A stretch of 64,000 nucleotides of DNA from positions 32,488,001 through 32,552,000 of the forward strand of contig OX597835.1 in assembly GCA_951406725.2 (NCBI GenBank), read 5' to 3'. The translations under genes were made by a program, and so were the position numbers. This DNA comes from Octopus vulgaris. Taxonomy: Eukaryota. Positions 53,077 to 64,000 of this stretch are shown piece by piece. Under the pieces are notes generated by a model. That model saw only the letters and a program-made list of their open reading frames with translations. It ran no database searches and was not told where the DNA came from. Numbering within the stretch: the first letter of the stretch is position 1; each line of letters starts with the position of its first letter.

Positions 53077-53149
53077 CTGAAAAAACTTGCACAGGTGAAA
53101 AAATTGTAGCTATGTCTTCTGTGAACATGGTTCATACAAGAGTTAATAC
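53077..53149 (-). pseudogene. MFSD11: Inverted, disrupted paralog of MFSD11 exon B (VLTLV*TMFTEDIATIFS/LCKFFQ)
   Basis: tttccAG acceptor and CAG|GTAAT donor retained; 73 nt (+1 frameshift); GGA>TGA at 53132-53134; 48/72 positions identical to exon B by manual alignment. Confidence 0.8.
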
Positions 53150-53154
53150 CTGGA

Positions 53155-53620
53155 AATGAAGAGAGAAAGAGAGATGGTGAAAGTAGAGAGGAGTGAGGGG
53201 GAAGTGAGAAAGAGAAGTGGTGAGAGTTGAGAGAAGTGGGGGGGGGGTAGAGGGGAAGAGAAATGGTGAGAGTAGAGAGAAGGGGGGAGGCAGAGAGAAA
53301 GAGAAATGGTGAGAGTTGAGAGAAGTGAGGGGGGGCAGAGAGAAAGAGAAATGGTGAGAGTAGAGAGGAGTGAGGGAGGCAGAGAGAAAGGGAGATGGTG
53401 AGAATAGAGAGAAGTGAGGATTGGGGGCAGAGAGGTGGTAAAAGTAGAGAGGGTTGACAGAGAGATGATGAGAGTACAAAGGAGTGAGAGAGGAGAGAGG
53501 AAGAGAGATGGTGAGAGTAGAGAAGAGCAAGTGAGGGGAGAGTAAGAAAGGTAGTGAGAGGAGTGGGAAGTGATGGAGTAGAGAGGAAGGGAGATAGTGA
53601 GAGTAGAGAAGAGCAAGGGA
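53155..53620. repeat. Purine-rich degenerate tandem repeat (expanded polypyrimidine tract of the pseudo-exon)
   Basis: Repeated atggtgagagtagagaggagtgagg units; homologous to the shorter CT-rich tract at 6690-6900. Confidence 0.8.
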
Positions 53621-56148
53621 GCTGAGAAGACCAATGGGGTAGAGGGTAGAGTTGGAGTAAAGACATTAGAGGGAGAAGGAAAAGAGAAGAGGAGACTCAT
53701 TTTGAAAGCCAATAGAATTACTGGTTTAAAGATGGAAGGATAGAGGTTTGGCTGGATGGTTAAAAGCATTTTTTTTTATTGTCATGAGGCTGTGGGTTCA
53801 ATCCCATGCATAGCATTTTTGGCAAGTATATTATTTTTTTTATATCCCAGGTGGATTCAGGACTTGTAATTAAAACTAACTAAAAAGAAATGGTTTGGAA
53901 TTCTGTTGGATGGATTACTCTTACTCTTTTACTTGTTTCAGTCATTTGACTGCAGCCATGCTGGAGCACTGCCTTTAGTCGAGCAAATCGACCCCGGGAC
54001 TTATTCTTTGTAAGCCCAGTACTTATTCTATCGGTCTCTTTTGCCGAACTGCCAAGTCACAGGGATGTAAACACACCAGCATTGGTTGTTAAACAATGTT
54101 GGGGGGACAAACACAGACACAAACATATACACACACGTACATATATATACATATATATGATGGGCTTCTTTCAGTTTTATATTTTAGTACATTTTCAACT
54201 TTTTCTCAGTATTTCCTCCCCCCACCCACACACACGCATATCATGTGATCATGTGATCAACCATTGACCAGCCTATTGAATGTTGTTATACATCGCTGGT
54301 CACAATGCATTTTGCATCGTTTTAGTTTTTGAAAGATGTCACTCTGCTGGCTTGGTATACAGGCCAAGATATGTGTGTGAGTGGTGCATTGTTGTACTCA
54401 AGAAGGTCTGCCCGCTACAGCAGAATCGAGAGCCTAAAACCGAGGTGCCATGGAAAAAGTGGTGCCAGTGCCGTGTAAAAAGCACCCAGTACACTCTGTA
54501 AACTGCTTGACATTGGGAAGGGCATCCAGCTGTAGAAACCAGGTCAAAACAGACTATGGACTCTTGGTGTGTCCCCTGGTCTTGCCAGTTCCTATCAAGC
54601 CATCAAACCCATGACAGCATGGAAAACAGATGTTAAATATTGATGATGAGGATGATGGTGATGATGATGATGGTGATGGTGATGGTGATGGTGATGGTGA
54701 TATGTGATGGGCTTCTTGCAAATGCTTGCTACCAAATCCACTTACGAGACTTCGATCAGCCTGACACTACAGGAAAAAGCACTTGCCCAAGGTGCTTGGC
54801 AGTGGAATGAACCTGAGAATGTACGGCTGGAAAGCAAGCTTGTATCTAATTACATGAGATTAATACACTAAGTAGACAATTTCAGACGGCTACAGAATCG
54901 TAGATATGCCATATTAATGCCTCGTTTCTTTGAAATAATATATATATATATATATTTAAGATGCAGAGGAAGAGGAAATCATCTTAGTAGTTGAGGAAGT
55001 GCTTACATATATAAATGTAATGAACAATAGTATTAACTATTGCGTTTTGTGCCAATGCCGTCCCTAGGCAAATGGAGGTTGGAAAGATTGTTGAAACAAA
55101 AAATAAACAAAAATAAAAATGATTTCTTACAGAAATATAAACAAGGCGAAAATTTTATGAAGGCACAGTCGATGTTATGAATCCTCGGACCTGTCTGGTG
55201 CTTTGTTTTACCGAGCATGGCAGAATAAAAGTGAAGATCAACCTCAGAAGGATTTGAACCCAGACGTAAAGGATCGTAACCAACTTCTTGTAAAGTTTTC
55301 ATTCTGCCAAAGCTATATTCGATATTTACATTGTCTCCCCTGAACTGTGTAAGAGTTATTTCCCTGAGAAATATATATATATATATATTTTTTTTTTTAA
55401 TGTTGGAGCTGGAACAGAAGAAATGAGTTGTGATATTTTGCTTTGGCTGTATTCTGGTAAAAATTTCCCTTTAAAAAATTTCAGGGCCACTCGCATCACC
55501 GCAACAAATCCCATCAAGTATGAGGGATTGTATAAGTTTATTGTTCGTGCAATAAGCTACCAAATTATTACATTCTCTCGATTTCCCGTGATTCAGAAAA
55601 TTATGTATATTCCAGGAGTCCTTGTTCCTTCTTCAGCACCACATCTGACCTTTTAACCATTCATGAACACATTGCTTAAAGAGCCGCCAAATATAGTGTG
55701 TAACACTTTATATATTAAACAGTTCCTCACCAGGGTTAATAGCTAACATACAACCCACGCAGGTGCATGTAGATATATGAACAAAAGTCCATCAACCATT
55801 GCCATTTATCATTCAGTCGTGTATATATGTGAGGCTGGCATTAAAGACATTTAAAGTTATCACCTTGTTTCATGTATTTCTTTATATCGTGTTCCAGTCA
55901 AATGATAATACAGCTTTCTGAGTAGAGTCACACGAGATGGAATACACCTCACCATCTATAAAACCATACACTACTTGAAATGAATGTAGTTTAAGGTACA
56001 TAACATGTCTAAATGAAAGACAGGATGTCCATATCTGGAATGCCTCGGAGGTCTGCTGTATAAGGATTATCTTGGACTAGACAACAACAATAATACGTTA
56101 ATAAAGGCTCCCCACTTTTTATAAATATGACTGAAAGAATGTTCTTAC

Positions 56149-56212
56149 CTGAGTATTAAAAATGCTATCACCAAATCCAAGTAAAAAGCTACAGACTAAC
56201 GCTACAGCAATA
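56149..56212 (-). pseudogene. MFSD11: Inverted paralog of MFSD11 exon A (xIAVALVCSFLLGFGDSIFNTQ)
   Basis: Reverse complement is 63/64 identical to 2207-2270 with intact splice sites; called pseudogenic because its next exon is disrupted. Confidence 0.8.
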
Positions 56213-56547
56213 CTGAAAGAGAGAGAGACAACAGCAGCAATAACAATAATATTAGAGATGAAACATGATATACAGCACAATTAGTCAATGGTTGGGGCAA
56301 TGCACCAGATGATAGGGAATGGTTGATTAGGTTTTGTTCATGTCAGTGGAGATTGGGAAATGGTTTAGGAAAGACTATGATTCTATAAGTGAAATAATCA
56401 CAGCACGAAAGACATATATTGGTTTCGACTATTGGCACAAGGCTAGCAGTTTCATGGCAGGGTGTAGGTCAATTATATCAAGTACCAGTGGTCAACTGGT
56501 ACTTATTTTATCAACACCCAAAAGGATGAAAGGCAAAGTCGACCTCA

Positions 56548-56607
<60 letters not shown>

Positions 56608-56623
56608 GTAATAATAATAATAA

Positions 56624-57496
56624 GGTTTTATCATAGCAGCTCAGGGTTTATCATAGCAGCTCAAGATCAATGCTTACCAACAAGGAACTACCAGGCCAAC
56701 ATATCAAAGAATGGCAGTACCCCAACATGTTGTGTATGTCAACAACAAAATGAAACCATTGATCATGTTGTCTCCAAGTGCAGTCTTCTAGTGCCTACAG
56801 AGTATCTCAACAGGCATGATAGAGCTGCACAATATATTCATTGGGTAATCTGCAAAAACCTGGATTTGCCCCATGAAAAAAACTGGTGGGAACACAAACC
56901 ACCTCCAGTGTTTGAAAATGACCACATCTCACCCCTCTGGAACTTCACCATTCAAACTGACAGAAAGATAGATGCAAATAGGCCAGACATCATATTGAAA
57001 GACTTCAAACAAAGAACATGCCCTCTCATTGATATGACTGTCCCAATCGATATAAATGTATCTGTCAAGACCTACCAAAAACTGAGCAAATATAAAGATC
57101 TTGAAATAGAAATCAGCAAAATGTGGAACCTGAAGACTAAAACAATACCTGTTGTCATAGGTGCCCTGGGAATGATAGCAAAAGGGGCTGATCGCTACCT
57201 AACTCAGATACCAGGAAACCCCAAAATGGCAGAAATTCAAAAGATAGTGCTCATGGGAACTGCTCATATCCTACGCAAAATACTTTCTATGTAATCTCAA
57301 GTTTTAAAACAAACATAATTACCGTATGTTTTTTTTTTTTAGACATTCACTAGAACAACACTAAAAAATAAAACCAAATATATGGCACACTAGGCATAAC
57401 AACAACATGAACTTCTAACCTGTTGTCTCTTGAGGTCTCTGAGTGAGACTTGGAGCCAACTTGTACAAATATAAAGCAAAAGTCAAACATAGAATG
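56624..57496 (+). mobile_element. 5'-truncated R4/Dong-like non-LTR retrotransposon (CCHC knuckle + restriction-like endonuclease) in (AAT)n
   Basis: CCVCQQQNETIDHVVSKC knuckle, RHD, NRPDI..IDMTVP..KYKDL and IPVVIGALG motifs (ORF 56791-57294); (AAT)n on both sides. Confidence 0.88.
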
Positions 57497-57869
57497 ATAA
57501 TAATAATAATAACCACTACATGGTAAGGTACAGACATACATACTCAGATGTTACCACATGTTGGTTGTATATACATTCATCTTTAGAGGAGCTTACCTCA
57601 TGTTTTATCTTTTATGTTTGTCATGTTTCAGTCATTGGACTGTGACCAAACAGGGGCACCAACATGAGGGATTTAGCTGAACAAATCAACACCAGTATTT
57701 ATTTCTAAATCTTGTTCTTGTTCTACTTGTCTATCACAGAACCACTAAGTTACAGGGCTGTAAACAAAGCAACACTGTTTGTTGTCAAGGGGTGATGAAG
57801 GGACAAAAACAAAGACACACACACACAAAGACACACACACACACACACGCATGCATGCACACATGTGCA

Positions 57870-57910
<41 letters not shown>

Positions 57911-58661
57911 CACATCTTGGTGATCATGTTCGTGAGAAGTCTTGCGTGTGCCCGGATGCTATATATATATATGTATGACGTGTTTAGAGGAGAAAATGAA
58001 ATTTAAAAAGTCTCACAAATTTTTCACAAAAGCCATTTAAATATTTCAAAAGAATATTAATGGTTTAGCTTTGTAATTCTTGTGAGTTAGTGAATTATTG
58101 ACAAATTTAAGAGTAAATAATTTACGCTTTAAGTAAACCATTATTGTTTAATAAGTGTTGATATATTGAAGGAAGAAAACAATTGGAATCTTTTTGTTAT
58201 ATCTTTTTAATTTACAGCAAGTTTATAGATTTGATTGTGAAATATATTTTACTATTAAACATGGATACATTGACTGAAAATTATATTTTATTTTCTGTTT
58301 TGTTTGCAGAACTAATCTAATTTCTCAACACAATTAGAAAGATATACAAAGAAGTTGAAAAGGAAAGAAAAGAGGATAAAAGTTCATCATATACCTAAGT
58401 GAAACAAACTTAAGTAACCGGAAACTATTTGTCTCTAAAATGTTTGGAATTTTCAGTGTCCATTAATTATTTGGTACTCCAACTTCAATTTCTAAGTGAA
58501 AGAGTGTGAATTAAGCTCTGAATTTTTTTTTTTTTTTTTTTTTTTTGTCGTTGCATGGATACAGATGAGGTTTCAAATATATCTTTTAAGATAAAAAAAC
58601 CAGCTTTTGTAATTCTGCTGAGTATTCTCTTCCTCCACTGAACACTGATATTATCCCAATA

Positions 58662-58832
58662 TCTGTCTGTCTGTCTGTCTGTCTATCTATCCATCCATCC
58701 ATCCACCCACCCACCTAACTACCTACCTATCTATCCATCTATCTATCTACCTATCCATCTATCTATCTACCTATCTATCTATCTATCTATCTACCTATCT
58801 ATCTATCTATCTATCTATCTACCTGTCTGTCT
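58662..58832. repeat. Compound tetranucleotide microsatellite (TCTG/TCCA/TCTA)
   Basis: Direct inspection. Confidence 0.95.
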
Positions 58833-58965
58833 GACCTTGTTTTAGTCTAGTGCTTGTGCTAGCAGCAGCAGCTCCCTTGCATTGGTAAAAACTTGCTCCT
58901 TTTCCCTTTCCATATATTGTTCTACTTCTATACTACAATGCTTCAAGCAAACCATAACACTCTTC

Positions 58966-59450
58966 TCATCATCATCATCATCGTTTAACATCTGTTCTCC
59001 ATGCTAGCATGGGTTGGACGGTTCGACCGGGAATCTGGGAAGCTAGAAGGCTGCACCAGGCTCCAGTGTGATCTGGCAGTGTTTCTACTGCTGGATGCCC
59101 TTCCTAACACTAACCACTCCATGAGTGTAGTGGGTGCTTTTTACGTGCCACCGGCACAGGTGCCAGGCGAGGCTGGCAATGGCCATGATCGGATTGGTGC
59201 TTTTTTCGTGCCACCAGCACGGAAGCCAGTCTAGGCGGTGCTGGCATTGGCCACATAGATAGAAAGAGAGATAGATAGATATGGATGCCCTTCCTAATGC
59301 CAACCACTGTGAGAGTGGTTGGCATTAGGAAGTGCATCCAACTGTAGAAACCTTGCCAGATCAGATTGAAGCCTAGTGCAGCCTACTAGCTAGCCAGTCC
59401 CCAGTCAAACTGTTCAACACATGCCAGCATAGAGGTAGCTGATGATGACA
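58966..59450. mobile_element. Two oppositely oriented RTE 3'-tail copies; further tails near 3540, 9870, 11970, 35990, 41836, 49530, 51275, 54470
   Basis: Shared motifs gcatgggttggacgg and ggatgcccttcctaacgccaaccact with (GAT)n tails, matching the RTE 3' UTR. Confidence 0.85.
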
Positions 59451-60198
59451 ATATTGTTCCAGAGAGCACAGAAGAAAGGGATACAACAACTAGCTCTGAA
59501 TGGTAAAATACACTGATTTTTCTCCATTTGTAAATTCATTTGACAACAAAAAATGCAGGAATCTCAAATGAATTTATGCTCACATGAAATGCAAAGAAAA
59601 GTAAATATTTTATGGTACTTTTCAATAATACGATTGTAAATTTTATTGTGCGAAAAACTAACGATTATTATAGTTTTATTACTTATTTAAAGGGAAAATA
59701 AGCATAAAAAATACCCTTAAGGAAAAAAAAAACATTTTTTTGTTTCTTGCCCTTTTGGCACACACTTTCATGCAACCCTTTTCCAATGTTTAAGTATTAA
59801 TTAAAATGACTACCTAGCCACCACTACATCCAACACTATCACCTATTTCTTTACTACCCACAAGGGGCTAAACACAGAAGGGACAAAGACAGACAAACGG
59901 ATTAAGTCGATTATATCGACCCCAGTGCGTAACTGGTACTTATTTAATTGACCCCGAAATGATGAAAGGCAAAGTTGACCTCGGCAGAATTTGAACTCAG
60001 AACGTAATGGCAGACGAAATACCGCTAAGCATTTCGTCCGGCACGCTAACAATTCTGCCAACTCGCCACCTCTACATCCAACACTACATCCACCACTACA
60101 TCCACCACTACATCCAACACTATCACCACCAATCACTTTCACACTAGATTTCTATTGAAAATAGAAATAATATATTTCTAAATCTCTCAGAGAGATTT

Positions 60199-60586
60199 AT
60201 GCAGTAGCAGCATGATAAAGTGATAGTATATTATTTACATTATTTACATTCAACGGATATTTGTCCTCATCTTGTTGTTAACACAACGTTTTGGCTGATA
60301 TGCCCTCCAGCATAGAACTGAAAGTGATAGTATGTATGTTGTCAACTTAATGTGATAGTCACATAAAAGGGAAGAATGCTACTGTTATTTAGGCCTAGGA
60401 AGCACCATTTCCCTTTGGACTTGACACATTTCCTGTGTCGTTAACTCCACTTTGAAAACATAGGGACACAGGAAATGTGTCAAGTCCAACAGGAAACAGT
60501 ATTTCCTAGGGCTAAATTGCAGTAGCATTCTTCCCTTTTATCGGACTGTCACAGCACACTATCACTTTATAGTGCTGCTACTGCAT
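60199..60586. repeat. Fold-back element interrupted by a 13-bp-TSD insertion (60230-60320)
   Basis: ttggacttgacacatttcctgtgtc / gacacaggaaatgtgtcaagtccaa inner arms; aaagtgatagtat is duplicated. Confidence 0.8.
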
Positions 60587-61014
60587 GTTTTTATCCTGGC
60601 CTTCATTGATAGAAATAGCAAATTAACGTATACTGGTTTACTCTTATAGAAGATCAATAAGAAGGGTCAAATGCGAAAAAGAAACAAATATGAAGATGAA
60701 ACAAACAAAAAAAAAAAAACATGCAGTCATAAGTTTTGTGAAACAGTATATTTTAAGGTGATACCTCTTGAAATCACCTGAGGAGACACATCAACATCAG
60801 AGGGTACACCTAAACCTGTTGTGCAGTAATCCACTCCTGAGGGATTGATGCTAGATGTGTCAAAATGATTGTAGTGATCAATAAAGATTCTTGTATTTTC
60901 TATATTCAATCTCTCTCCTTAATTACATATCCAACGAACATCGGAGAAAGTGAACATGTTTTAACATACCATGCGATTTATTAACTACTATATATATATA
61001 TATATATATATATG

Positions 61015-61399
61015 ATACAAATAAGAATGCAAGAACCGATTCCTTTCACTCATCAACTTACAGATAATACCAATTCATATTATTTATTAACTACTTAAAT
61101 AGGAACATCCAAATCCAACAGTATAAAACAGAATAAAACAATATACATCAATAAGTAAGATAATACCATAAAAATAATGCATATAAAATGGATCTTACAG
61201 CTGTTTCAGCCTGTAGATAAAGGTATCTCATTGTGCCTATATTAGTCAAATATATTGAGGTAATATGCACTGTTTTATTCTATTTTATTCTGTTGGATTT
61301 GGATGTTCCTATTTAAGTAGTTAATAAATAATATGAATTGGTATTATCTGTAAGTTGATGATTGAAAGGAATCTGTTCCTCCATTTTCTTATTTGTATT
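61015..61399. repeat. Fold-back inverted repeat (arms of about 125 bp)
   Basis: tcatcaacttacagataataccaattcatattatttattaactacttaaataggaacatccaaatccaacag is matched exactly in reverse. Confidence 0.9.
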
Positions 61400-61897
61400 A
61401 TGATTTTAAGGTAAAATATTTTACCATCGCCCATCTAATACAATAAATGAACTAATTGCATTGCAATTATAAGCATTTATGTATTAGCCTTTTGGGTACT
61501 TCACTAGCATTATATTGGATAACTGGTATCCCATATTGGGTTACACTCATAACCCCTATCCTATCTCATTTTGTACTTTTATATATGTATATGTATATAT
61601 ATAATAAAGTTAATAAAAGAAATTAGAGAAGAAAATATGTAGTAGATATTTGGTTCATTTTATTTGTATCACAATGGAAAAGTAACGCAAAGTAAAAGTG
61701 ATACATATAAGAACAACGATAAAAGAAACCAAATCAACAAAACAACCGCAAAATATCCGAAAAAATCCTACACATGTTTCAATCCGACAATATGCTTGAA
61801 TCATCAACATTCAAACAATTATAGATGTAAGAAACCGTATGTTGCTTTTAACAAACCCTTATGAAGAAATTACATCCTTAAAATTTGTATGTATGTA

Positions 61898-61935
<38 letters not shown>

Positions 61936-62038
61936 TGTGTGTGTGTGTGTGTGCGCGTGTGTGAGCTAGCTAAGAGTCTATAAGTGAAAAAATATGCACT
62001 CGTATATCTGTCAGTGGATTGGGTATATTAATCAAGAT

Positions 62039-62383
62039 GTACAATATTATATATCCATAATGACCAATCTTACAGACAGGTTTTGAACTAGGGTGTTCAA
62101 CAGGATGTTGGGTAACAGTCTAATTATGTAACACTGCACTCTTCAGAGGTAGACGTTATGGAATGAAATATGGTGACCGCTCTCTATTGTGAGAGCTGAA
62201 CAGATTTCTATTGTTGGCGGTGTCTATTCACCTCCAGCAATTCAGAGCACTTGGCATATTTCATTCTCTAATGGTTACCTCTGAAGAGCGCCGAGTTACA
62301 TAATCAGACTGTTACCTAAAACTCCGTTGAACCTTTGGTGCGAAATTGGTAAGATCAGCCATAGTGGATATATAATACTGTAC
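62039..62383. repeat. Inverted repeat whose arms each carry a CTGAAGA hammerhead-like 5' core
   Basis: tacctctgaagag..gttacataat.agactgttacc is present on both strands. Confidence 0.75.
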
Positions 62384-62741
62384 TCCTGCTTACATATTAA
62401 TTGATTGAAATAATGTGGCTATTAAGCTTTCACTTTTATATTATACTACAGAAGACGGTAGGGATTATAATTTTTCTATGACTTAATAGAGTTGTTGCTA
62501 TTTAGTTACGTATCTAGGAGTGGTTGTAATTTACTTATTGAATTTATTTATCGACATGGTCGTACATAGGGTAACTGTGTTTGAAAGTTGTGTTTTTTTG
62601 GTTTGTTTGTAAACACCACTTATTTTAGTGCTGTTGACACTGCGAGATTGAATGGTACTGCCCAGCTGTTGAAACCATAATGATATCTGTGGGGCAGCTG
62701 ATGATGGAAGTATGTTGGATTGTTGGTATGGCTGTGGAATA

Positions 62742-62780
<39 letters not shown>

Positions 62781-62948
62781 TGTATGTATGTGTATATATA
62801 TATATACATATACATATAGATAGATATAGATATAAAAATTATAAATATTTTTGCAATGCAATAGTATTATTTCCCAGCTTTACATACCATTGTACGGTTA
62901 TCAACTGCTATTTCCAGCAAACACTAGTGCCTTGTTGTGCCACTGTTT

Positions 62949-63016
<68 letters not shown>

Positions 63017-63504
63017 TAATTGAGAAAGGGTTAGGAATCCATACAAATCAAAGGTTATAGGTAAAAATAAAAAATGGAAACAGCATGGAAGTATATTTAA
63101 AGACTGTTTTTACTTTACTTTACTTTAATCAGACAGGATAAGTATTTTGATATTTGTTATAGTATTTATAAAAAATATTTCCAGTTTTGATGTCTTATCA
63201 ATTATAAAAGATTCAAAGTCAAGGATTAAGAAATAAAAAAAAAAACTGGAAATTAAAACAACTTGCTCTCATATTCTTGGTGTTCTTAAAATGTTTATAA
63301 AAGTCATTTAGTTTAACTCATATAAAAATACCTAACTTATCTGATTAAAGGAAAAAATGTAAAAAGAATCTTTACACATACTCCCTTGCTCTTTCTACTT
63401 TTACTTTTTACCTAAACACATATATACAAGCGGGTAGTGAAAAGTTCCTTGCTTTGAGTACCAGAAAATACAGGAGGATCAGTTAATTATAATTTTATTC
63501 AACA

Positions 63505-63895
63505 CTAGCAGTATCGCCTGGCATTGCTCGGTTTTGTTTCGACCCTTTAGAATTAGAATTTTTAAAAATTAAAAATTTTGCATTATGTAGCTTGTTATTC
63601 TCTTTAAGTGAACATTTTACTGGTTTAAATACACTGAAAAGTGGTGACACAGCAGTAAAAAAACCCATAAAAAATAGAGATTTCCATAGAAAAAAAGCAC
63701 CTTTTTGATGTAAATAATTTTTGGTCCTAACATGCTCCGATCTGAATTTTTTCTACTACAGAAAGAAGAGCAAGCTTTCTTCTATCATACTCTCAATTTT
63801 GGTCAACTTGCGCCACAGGGTCTTGGAGGAGATAGTGTTAGTTAAAGGCTATCAAACCTGCCACACACAGACAACTTCAGCTGTGTATATACATA
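63505..63895 (-). mobile_element. Helitron-like element nested in a mariner-like terminus starting near 63431
   Basis: 3' end ccgagcaatgccaggcgatactgctag nearly equals that of 46675-47071; the host sequence attcaaca|tatt is split at an AT. Confidence 0.65.
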
Positions 63896-64000
63896 TATAT
63901 ATTTTTTTTCATGCAATTTACGCATGCTTGCACGCGTGGTGAACACAGTTCACGTCAAACAGCTGACTGAGTAAAGTTCACTATTCAATGCATGGGATAA

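Larger units (their letters stand above)
53070..55370 (-). repeat. Inverted-duplication segment, diverged (vs about 4660-5450 and 6530-6990)
   Basis: Colinear but mismatch-rich reverse-complement similarity, e.g. gggaaataactcttac..agttcaggggaga, tttgcctaggga, taaccatccagc. Confidence 0.8.
55965..57753 (-). repeat. Inverted-duplication segment, near-identical to about 1210-2450 apart from insertions
   Basis: Long exact reverse-complement matches, e.g. 57512-57753 vs 1210-1454 and 56070-56548 vs 1870-2360. Confidence 0.9.

Noticed and set aside
60727-60909. Upstream minus-strand MFSD11 exon
   Set aside because: The translation shows no resemblance to the expected preceding MFSD11 segment.

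Overview
Eukaryotic, AT-rich, repeat-dense DNA. The tRNA-derived SINEs, RTE/R4 LINEs and (TA)n/(CA)n/(AAT)n microsatellites resemble an octopus (coleoid cephalopod) genome; this is an inference. The only supportable host gene is the 3' part of an UNC93-like MFS transporter (MFSD11) on the + strand, with exons 2207-2270, 6910-6981 and 9569-9707 and an uncertain 3' end. The window is organised as a large tail-to-tail inverted duplication: segments of about 1.2-28.8 kb are mirrored at about 44-57.8 kb, including a minus-strand MFSD11 paralog. One paralog exon is 63/64 identical to the gene, while the next is only 48/72 identical and carries a stop and a frameshift, giving an old duplication with recently homogenised patches. 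A nearly full-length, frameshifted RTE LINE (APE + RT + PHD-like finger) lies near the axis. Other elements: a 24-bp minisatellite derived from the RTE 3' UTR, an R4/Dong-like fragment in an (AAT)n tract, non-autonomous Helitrons, MITEs, fold-back palindromes and degenerate Penelope-type hammerhead motifs. Most ORFs in the track are microsatellite or SINE artefacts. All alignments were done by eye, so repeat boundaries are approximate.
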